Source: Patescibacteria group bacterium (GTDB taxonomy: Bacteria > Patescibacteriota > Patescibacteriia > Patescibacteriales > UBA12465). Taken from it: a stretch of DNA of 64,000 nucleotides. The DNA lies in NCBI GenBank assembly GCA_041665845.1, contig JBAYIC010000006.1:4892-68891 (forward strand), given 5' to 3'. Shown here in pieces: positions 48,001-54,845 of the stretch (positions within the stretch are counted from its first letter, which is position 1; every line of letters begins with the position of its first letter). Both the position numbers and the translations under genes were made by a program. The notes below the pieces were generated by a model. The model was given only the letters and a program-made list of their open reading frames with translations. It did not search any database and was not told the DNA's origin.

Positions 48001-49333
48001 CTGCAACTGTTATATTTACATCATATTTACCAACATCTCCGGCTTTATCGGCAAAAATCTTGCGTTGATTGTTATCACTAGTCATTTTCATAATCGGAGT
48101 CGCACTCCAATTCGACCAAACAGAACTCACACTGCGCATTGTCCAGGATAATGGGTCGCCATCGCTATCTTCAGCTCTAATATAACCGTTATACTCTCGG
48201 TCAGAAACGCCTTTAAGTTGTACACCCATTATTTTAGGGGCGGAATTAGAAGCGTTACCTGAGGCTAAAATACCGGTTGCCATTACGCAATCGCTAGCCG
48301 AAGGCGGATTGGGATCAAGTGTATAAATCAAACTAGAATCAGGATTATCACGACTCTCCATGACTGCACAAAGATTATATTCCGATCCGGTCTCGCTAGT
48401 AGAATAAACGAGAGCATAGCTATCGCGCGGAAGCTTTAGAGTTGCGGAAATAGGATCATAAACAAATCTATTAGTACTTTTATTCCAGCAAGTTTTTAAA
48501 TCATACCCGGGACAATTACCAAATCTATTAATCGGATCAGTAAAAGTTTGTTTGATAGCTAACGCCGGCATTAAAACATCATTCCAGCTCGGCCAGAGTG
48601 AAGTTGTTTTTCCAGGCAAATAGGTTCCTCCAGAAAGTAGAGGATAGCGTCCATTAACAGATTTATAAACTGCTAAAGCCTCTCTAATTTCTTCTAATTT
48701 ACCGACTCTTTTTAAATCACGGATAACTTTAGATTTCAAACTATCACAGAAAAAATTAGCCGGACAATCTGTATCGATTGCGCAGTTTTTTACTGTTTTT
48801 AAAGCACAATTTCCATTGGCAACGGAACAAGTTTGACCGGAAGAGCAATCAGAATCCTTTTCGCACTTAACGGCAGAAATTGAACAAGTCGCGGCTGTTG
48901 ATGATAAATTTTCATTAAACTTCCAATGGGAAATAATTTGGCCTAGAATATCAACTGTTTTAATACTAGGATTTTGGTTATAAGAAATCAGATAAATATT
49001 GGTGTATATTTTTTTAGTATCAACATTGATGTTAGCCGCATTAACATAAACCGTGCGTCCATCTCGTAAGGCTTCATAACCATCAACCGTTAAAGCTTGC
49101 GGCGAACCTTGAAATCCTTGGCTTTCATACCAACGATAAACACTATAATGATTAGGATTAGGAATAATTCTAACGCCAATCGCATCGTCACTAATTTGCG
49201 GATCGATTGTTTTCGGATCGATTGTTTGTGCCGAAATAGAATTTAAAAAACAAGCATAAATAGCGCAAGTTGCCAAAAATGCGACAACTAAAGCCAAGCT
49301 TTTTTTATTCTTCATAAATTTATTATTAACCAA
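45074..49333 (-). CDS. giant secreted cysteine-rich protein (1419 aa) with embedded pilin-like motif and furin/ephrin-receptor-like CxxC repeats
   Basis: Signal peptide (..FLNSISAQT). RDLKRVGKLEEIREALAVYKSVNGRYP resembles the type IV pilin/pseudopilin globular-domain start. The last ~315 aa are C.QCDAGYYC...C.AG(T/Y)Y...C repeats. Confidence 0.85.
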   Translation of the reverse strand: MVNNKFMKNKKSLALVVAFLATCAIYACFLNSISAQTIDPKTIDPQISDDAIGVRIIPNPNHYSVYRWYESQGFQGSPQALTVDGYEALRDGRTVYVNAANINVDTKKIYTNIYLISYNQNPSIKTVDILGQIISHWKFNENLSSTAATCSISAVKCEKDSDCSSGQTCSVANGNCALKTVKNCAIDTDCPANFFCDSLKSKVIRDLKRVGKLEEIREALAVYKSVNGRYPLLSGGTYLPGKTTSLWPSWNDVLMPALAIKQTFTDPINRFGNCPGYDLKTCWNKSTNRFVYDPISATLKLPRDSYALVYSTSETGSEYNLCAVMESRDNPDSSLIYTLDPNPPSASDCVMATGILASGNASNSAPKIMGVQLKGVSDREYNGYIRAEDSDGDPLSWTMRSVSSVWSNWSATPIMKMTSDNNQRKIFADKAGDVGKYDVNITVADNKGASISTTTEIEIVPATSFAQADEYTYRLDPLIPFNYSLSISGNNYILKPLSGPDVFKMNGIKETIISDGLNHKKITYQGIIATSTKFTADTETVYSLIVDGKAANNFVIRLQVDKPALKLDCLSQSRVGYYYSCRVGLVKQGNQAITYSYSSVPGLETRVGITDPEFLYLAGTTTQQTTGQEIKFNAFNEYGTVATSSFILKVNNYCGDGIKQPSNTNPSPNTEGRGGVYNDGHEACDGTADTTTDPKLSNKNKQYACNTTTIAKTPNPIISSSYCIFKSPLDGGGYCGDTYCELLFENKDTCAEDCDPSVYLNNIGGTTTSTVPVLPPGGGGGNCEGFICDPGYQCSSMGQCEKQCWSKPVSDLLVVEEGDAVLPNVTYYSHWNNADGSNWKHREYSTSILTDTSASSIKTCIQPVGSNNHSSVEVDPSPASGCTVVRRDNPECNLSSHAVDNCPIGYRSYAHIQDWDEKQSVVGGYGGDCAVDQSIGVKYRERYNIECYSNILKTFCYQDDCSSTGTKTNDGSIDVNGNCVKKPPTQYCNVTTDCLPGKTCVGAVTGCTQKTNANKPTNGPECSQLNSGGQNVCANASASSNNGVAYCEWKVITQGTCVDNNTGSCTPSCPTNYCGDNGCGGICSCSNSAYSCTNNQCVINTNPPPTSCEIGSYIAIELGVCATCPVGFSCSDGITAKKCDPGTYTSTTGNSSCKQCDAGYYCVGMASKIGCAAGTFRKEISGISQGNCTKCPAGTYNNTTGNTSCMDCEAGTYNTTEGNTSCKQCDAGYYCTGKTNKTACSAGYYRSGTGGTNINSCSECEAGTYNTTTANTSCKQCDAGHYCTGKTNKTACDPGYYRSGTGGTNINSCSECGSGTYNNSYGNTSCDSCNPGYYCTGGSNIDPCPVGTYLNSYGGDDSGSCKGCSAGTYNNTTGQSGCKTCETNFFCTGYNSRVACSSIDGGKKPYSSSGSDSSDDCHK
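45080..46020 (-). repeat. in-frame tandem Cys-rich coding repeats (about 52 aa / 156 nt unit)
   Basis: The run cacattcactacaactgtttatattagttcctccggttccgctacgataataaccag occurs at 45397 and again at 45553 (offset 156 nt). Flanking units are diverged copies. Confidence 0.8.
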
Positions 49334-49357
49334 CCAAAAAAAATTTAAATACTACCA

Positions 49358-52300
49358 TTATTTAATAAATGTTTTTTCGTCTGATTTCCCGCTTTCATTA
49401 TTATAATTATCAAGTGCAGAAATAACAAAATAATTAGCCCCAACCGTTAATTTTGTTTTATTTAAAATGGTTGAAGTCGCCTTATCGCTAGTATCAAAAG
49501 ATTCTCCATAAACACCGCTCCTAGTTCCTCGATAAACGCGATAGAACAAAGTATCGTCGGAATTACCAGCCCAAGAAAGTTTTATTGTTGTGGTATTAGT
49601 ATTATTTTCTACTTTAAAATTGAGCGGTACTGCTGGTGCTAGTTTATCAGTGGGAGTTACATTTTTCCCAACGCTTAGCGGACTTTCAACTTTATTTAAA
49701 GAAACAACCGATAAACGAAAAGTATATGATTGTCCATTATTTAAATTACTAATTTCAGTTGTACAATCAGCGCCACCGCTTTCGGTAAAATTACGACAAG
49801 AATTACCATCTTTTTTTACTTCTTTTACTATGGCCGCCGGCTTATTAGTTTCGCCATAATATATCTTATAGTAATCATCGCTTACACTGGTCGAATGCCA
49901 ATTAACAGTTACTGTTTTGCCAATTGCCTTATCAACTAAACTAGTTATTTCACCGCCCGGAGTAGCTTTTTCACGGAAGAAAAAATATTCCCTCAAGACG
50001 CTCCAAATACAAATTCCGTCTGATTTACCATCACCGTTTTTATCGGCGCCACAAGCTGAGCCAGACGGACTGCAAATTGTGTTATCAGAACTACAAACAA
50101 AATTATTATTTTGTTGGCCAACAACAGCCTCGTCTATTAAAAGCGGTAAGTCATCAAAAGTTCCGGGCTGACCAGCATCGCGACAATAATAAATAGAATC
50201 ACCAAAATTAACATCACTCCAAGGCGCCCAAGTACCATTATCTCTTATTGGTGGCCAAGGATTATCACAAATCAAAATATATAAACTACTCAGGCCAGAA
50301 AAATTATCGCCGCCTGAATATGCATTACGACATCTGCTAGAACAGCTCTCATCCAAACAAGAACAATTTGGATCAATGGAAGATCCGGAATCTAAGAACC
50401 TAGTCATATCAATCGTTGCCTTTAATTTAGTTCTTCCGTCAGTTATTAAAGGATTAGCAGAAACAAAAGCTTGATTGACACTCAAGCCAGGAATTGAATC
50501 CAAAGAAACAATTGAGGGATCAATAAGCTCAAATTTAAAATCCCAAAAATAGCCGGTCACTGGCTTAAGTATCTGATTGTCATCACTATAAGCAGTCGCA
50601 GTGAAGACTTTATCTTTGTCGTGCTTTGTATCAAAGGTTTTATTCTTTGGATCGTTATCATTCTCATCTAAATCATCCTCAACCGTTTTAAACAAATATG
50701 AACTTGGAGAGATTTGTACTCGACTAATTTCGCAAACACCGTGATTCTTACTGGAATCAGCTAAAGTTTTAAATTGCAAAATATGAGAATTTTTATAGAC
50801 TGTAGAATTAAAGCTTAAATCTTTACCGGCCTTAAAATCTCCCTGCACAAAATTACCAACCTGATCAAGCCCAAAACCATTAAAACCAATCTCCGACGAA
50901 TTAACAACGCCCGTTAAACTATTTAAATCCTCATCGCCTTTAATGACTAAAAAATATTTAGTATTAGGCGCTAATAATTTTTGCGGTGAAAATTTAAGAA
51001 TAGTTGTTGTTGTTCCAACGTACTCGCCTGAAGCGTTGCCCGGGAAAGAACAATAAGATTTGTTTGGATCAGGCAAGTCGGCTAAAGCTTGATTATTAAA
51101 ATTACCAAATAATTTACTAACCGAAATTTTAAATTTATTAAAAATATTAATTAACCAATTATCAGAGGCGACGGCGAATTTAGAATTACCTTCATAAACA
51201 AAAGTTGTTCCACTAGGGCAAGTGGTACTTTTATCTACCTCTTGGAGCAAAATTACATTTGAGCTAAAAGAAGCAATATTCATTTCTTGATTAAAGGTTG
51301 CTTGCAAAACTGAATTGCGACAAATATTAGCCTCTCCACTTTTAGGTTTTGTCTCAATTATCTGTGGTCTTGCTTCACAGCAAGAACTAAAACCACAACC
51401 AACAAATTCGGCTGGGTTAGGATTAGTACAGTCACTATCTTTCGTACAACCGCAACAAATTGGTTGATTATTGCTATCTAATTGTGTTGCCTTGTTACAA
51501 GTCTTAGCTTCCGCGTCATAACAACAAGTTCCTTGGGTTGTGCATCCAGAGGGATTATTATCAAAAGCGCCGCAAACATCTTCGGGGACATTTTTTGCAC
51601 AACCATCAACACAAGAATATGGATCTTTATAAAGACCAATTTTTAGCATTGTGGTAGTAGCACAAAGTAAAGGATCACCAATCGGCGGAGTTGAGGTATT
51701 ATTACAACCAAAATAACCACAATAACCAAAGTCCGGGCTAGAGGTTGCTGTAATCACCGCATTTCCCAATACACCACGACAAATATCATCGTCAACTGTT
51801 TGAGTTCTTTTAGAATCAAAGCAACAAGCGGTATTATGTTCTGAACAAGAAGTTAGTCCTTCAAGACCGGTGCAATCAGTACAAATACCAGCTGGAGTTT
51901 CATCAGTAATACTGCAGTACTGTCCGCTATGACCAGTACAATTACAAGCGGCGTCATTTTGCGCTGGCGTAGAAGTAGCGGTCAATTTACAACCACCGCA
52001 ACGGCCTAAATTGCTATCACCAGTTTTATCAGCGCCACAAGCGCCTCCGCACTGCAATTGAATTTTGGCGCCGGAATCAGGATTAGTCGCTGCACAACAA
52101 TCTTGAGCGACTTGATCTTTGCGACAACAACAATCGCAACTTGGCTTATCAATAACAACACAATTATCCGGTTTGTTTATATCAACATTATCTTCGCAAA
52201 TTCCACCATTTTTACAAATTATTGGAGAAACACAACGATCTTCTAAACCAACTTTTTCACAACTTAGTCCAACAGCGCAGGTACTGCATAGTGGCCCAGC

Positions 52301-54811
52301 AACATCTGTACAAATATTATTTGCTCCAACCTTAACTCCCATTTCCCAACCATTTGGACAAGAAGTCGGCGTTTTTGTTTCCCAGTGTTTACTGGTATCA
52401 TTACAAACTAAATTTAAATCGTATTTTTTACCACCCAAATCAAAAGTTTGCATCTTAGCTGGGCTGCATTTTCCAATCTCTCCGTTTTTAACACATTTAT
52501 TTAAAGTTTGATCGTAAGAACAAATTGAGCCAAAACCGCTACAACCAGTAACTGAAGCACAAGAAAAATCACAGGAACCAACTGTTCTTGGAGTTCCACC
52601 TTCATCAGGAGAACATTGACCAGGAACGTTAGGGCAAAAAGAGCCCGTCTGACAAGTACCAAAATAAGTAGCTAAAGTTTTACAACTTTCTTGAGAAGGA
52701 GTTGTCGTAGCAAATCCTGTGCTAAAACCCCATTCAAAAACTGAAGTTGGAATATCGACTAAGCATTCAGATAATTCATTTACACATCGGCCCTTTTTAT
52801 AAGTATAGCTTGGACAACAAACTTGATTCGGGCATTCAGCATCCATCGAACAACTGCTAACTTCAAAATTAAGAGCGTTGCTTTCTTGAATGCTTTTAAC
52901 AATTTTAACTGGACCAGTTATTGTACTGGTTGGAACAGTCGCCGAAATAAGTTGGGCGCCATTTTCTAATTTTATCGCGTTATAAGCATTTCTTTTTGGA
53001 TTGAATTGAACTAAACCTTCATGACCTACTTGCCCAAAATACTCGCCATACAATTTAACCGGCGTTGAGACTGCTCCTTGCTTAGGTTCCAGTTTACATA
53101 AACCAGGTGCTAAGGAGAGAGAATCGTCTACTTTAAAAACATTATTAGGACTGAGACTTTGGGTATCGATTGTTTTTCCGGCTAAAGATATTCTAATTAC
53201 ATAATTACCATTAGCGATATCTTCCGGGACCTTCACCACTATTTGTTTATCTCCCCAAATCGAACTAGCGCAAACAGACGGAAAACTGTATGAAGCCTCA
53301 ACTCCTTCAAAATAAACATGAGAACTTCCTTTTGACCAACCAAAACCATTGCCGGTGATGGTAACGTATTGACCGGATTTTCCTTGCGGAGGATCAAAAG
53401 AAACTATATATGGGCCATCATTAGGATTAGCCTCTTTAACAAACTTTAAAAAATTACTTTTTTCTTTATTATTACCAACAACAAAACTACCAGAAACACC
53501 GGAACGAATATTGGGCGTTGCCGCCGTACCAGATAAGCCACTAGGGTGACTAAAATTAGAATCAAAACCTTTAACGTTAGCTTGATAGTTACCAAAATAA
53601 GCCTGACCAGCAAATAAATTCATACCCTGATAGGAAACTGAAGAACTTAAAGCTCCTTTATTTGGACTTAGTAAGCACAAACCTGGTCGAGTAATATTAT
53701 TAGCAACAAAATCCGGGATTTTGGTGCCATAATTATTGTTAGTAATATCTTCTAAGTTATCAGTCCTAACAACTTTAATGGGTCCATTAGCTACTCCCGC
53801 AGGAACAGCAATAATAATTTGATCATCTTGCCAAAAATTTACACAGATGGGATTTATTTCTGAAGGGTTGCGGCCATTTTTAGAAGACCCCCCCATGAAA
53901 ACTACTCGACTAACGGCGGACGAGTACTCGCCGAAATTTTTTCCGGAGATAGTAATAAAATTATTAGCAGTACCATTAGGAGCAGTTTTATTACAAACTG
54001 TTTGGCAATCAGTATCTTGAGAACATGATTTATTAACATTATCTTCGCAAAAGCCACCCGCTGGAGTGATATCAGTGATTACTGGCGTTCCTACGCAAGT
54101 ACAGGTTGTATTATCACAAGCTAAAAAGTTTCCACAAAGATTATTATCGGCATCACAAGTAGCTGTTTTAGAATTAGCGTCACAAGAATTACCAGCTTCG
54201 CCTTTAGGTTTACATTTACAATCAACATCACAATAATCTTTAGAGGAACAGATTTGATCTACCGCTTGGCAACCAGGATTTTCAGTATCAGAATCACAAC
54301 TAGTTGGGCCGGGAGTACCGCCGCAATCATAAGTCCAACCAACACATTGACTCCAAGCACCATTAGTACAAATCATTGAACCATCGCAACGGCAAACGCT
54401 AACTTTACCTTCGACACAACCAGTATCGCCACCAGGGCCATTAATAGCCCCGCTTAATCTACTAATTATAAAGGTAGCAATTGCCCAAGAGGCTAAAATA
54501 ATAGCCAAACCAATTACCGCACTAGTTAATATTTTTTTAGCAGTAGCAATTTTGTCTTCCTCGCCAGCTGAAGTCATCCAAAGAAAACCAGCATAAATTA
54601 TTAATCCTAAAGCAATCACTCCTAAAAGTCCTAAACCAACATTAATAATTCGGCCGATAATAGTTCTTGGATCATCAGCTCCTAAGACTCCGCCTAAACC
54701 ATTATTAACCGCTGTTGTTCCAAAATCTTGAGCGAAGGCATAACGAAAAACTAAGAGACCAGTAACTACTATCAACAAAGATAACAAATTTTTAGCAAAT
54801 TTTTTGTTCAC
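49358..54811 (-). CDS. giant surface protein (1817 aa): VirB2/TrbC-like pilin hairpin + Cys-rich blocks + IPT/TIG-like + Ig-like + FN3-like modules
   Basis: Signal peptide ..FRYAFAQ. Two TMs flank MTSAGEEDKIATAKK. Four P.I..I.P..G....V.I.G..FG modules. Dense CxC/CC/CxxC regions. C-terminal W..S......Y.(I/V)YRG FN3-like pair. Confidence 0.85.
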   Translation of the reverse strand: MNKKFAKNLLSLLIVVTGLLVFRYAFAQDFGTTAVNNGLGGVLGADDPRTIIGRIINVGLGLLGVIALGLIIYAGFLWMTSAGEEDKIATAKKILTSAVIGLAIILASWAIATFIISRLSGAINGPGGDTGCVEGKVSVCRCDGSMICTNGAWSQCVGWTYDCGGTPGPTSCDSDTENPGCQAVDQICSSKDYCDVDCKCKPKGEAGNSCDANSKTATCDADNNLCGNFLACDNTTCTCVGTPVITDITPAGGFCEDNVNKSCSQDTDCQTVCNKTAPNGTANNFITISGKNFGEYSSAVSRVVFMGGSSKNGRNPSEINPICVNFWQDDQIIIAVPAGVANGPIKVVRTDNLEDITNNNYGTKIPDFVANNITRPGLCLLSPNKGALSSSVSYQGMNLFAGQAYFGNYQANVKGFDSNFSHPSGLSGTAATPNIRSGVSGSFVVGNNKEKSNFLKFVKEANPNDGPYIVSFDPPQGKSGQYVTITGNGFGWSKGSSHVYFEGVEASYSFPSVCASSIWGDKQIVVKVPEDIANGNYVIRISLAGKTIDTQSLSPNNVFKVDDSLSLAPGLCKLEPKQGAVSTPVKLYGEYFGQVGHEGLVQFNPKRNAYNAIKLENGAQLISATVPTSTITGPVKIVKSIQESNALNFEVSSCSMDAECPNQVCCPSYTYKKGRCVNELSECLVDIPTSVFEWGFSTGFATTTPSQESCKTLATYFGTCQTGSFCPNVPGQCSPDEGGTPRTVGSCDFSCASVTGCSGFGSICSYDQTLNKCVKNGEIGKCSPAKMQTFDLGGKKYDLNLVCNDTSKHWETKTPTSCPNGWEMGVKVGANNICTDVAGPLCSTCAVGLSCEKVGLEDRCVSPIICKNGGICEDNVDINKPDNCVVIDKPSCDCCCRKDQVAQDCCAATNPDSGAKIQLQCGGACGADKTGDSNLGRCGGCKLTATSTPAQNDAACNCTGHSGQYCSITDETPAGICTDCTGLEGLTSCSEHNTACCFDSKRTQTVDDDICRGVLGNAVITATSSPDFGYCGYFGCNNTSTPPIGDPLLCATTTMLKIGLYKDPYSCVDGCAKNVPEDVCGAFDNNPSGCTTQGTCCYDAEAKTCNKATQLDSNNQPICCGCTKDSDCTNPNPAEFVGCGFSSCCEARPQIIETKPKSGEANICRNSVLQATFNQEMNIASFSSNVILLQEVDKSTTCPSGTTFVYEGNSKFAVASDNWLINIFNKFKISVSKLFGNFNNQALADLPDPNKSYCSFPGNASGEYVGTTTTILKFSPQKLLAPNTKYFLVIKGDEDLNSLTGVVNSSEIGFNGFGLDQVGNFVQGDFKAGKDLSFNSTVYKNSHILQFKTLADSSKNHGVCEISRVQISPSSYLFKTVEDDLDENDNDPKNKTFDTKHDKDKVFTATAYSDDNQILKPVTGYFWDFKFELIDPSIVSLDSIPGLSVNQAFVSANPLITDGRTKLKATIDMTRFLDSGSSIDPNCSCLDESCSSRCRNAYSGGDNFSGLSSLYILICDNPWPPIRDNGTWAPWSDVNFGDSIYYCRDAGQPGTFDDLPLLIDEAVVGQQNNNFVCSSDNTICSPSGSACGADKNGDGKSDGICIWSVLREYFFFREKATPGGEITSLVDKAIGKTVTVNWHSTSVSDDYYKIYYGETNKPAAIVKEVKKDGNSCRNFTESGGADCTTEISNLNNGQSYTFRLSVVSLNKVESPLSVGKNVTPTDKLAPAVPLNFKVENNTNTTTIKLSWAGNSDDTLFYRVYRGTRSGVYGESFDTSDKATSTILNKTKLTVGANYFVISALDNYNNESGKSDEKTFIK

Positions 54812-54845
54812 AAATTTTTATTTAATAAACCAGCCACAATATTTT

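Noticed and set aside
45136-54300. Numerous ORFs in other frames or on the opposite strand inside the giant genes (e.g. 45491-45898 +, 46262-46768 +, 47291-47485 +, 52119-52511 +, 45136-45405 -)
   Set aside because: They are shadow ORFs of long, repeat-rich minus-strand genes. Their translations are low-complexity and they are fully nested in much longer, motif-bearing frames.
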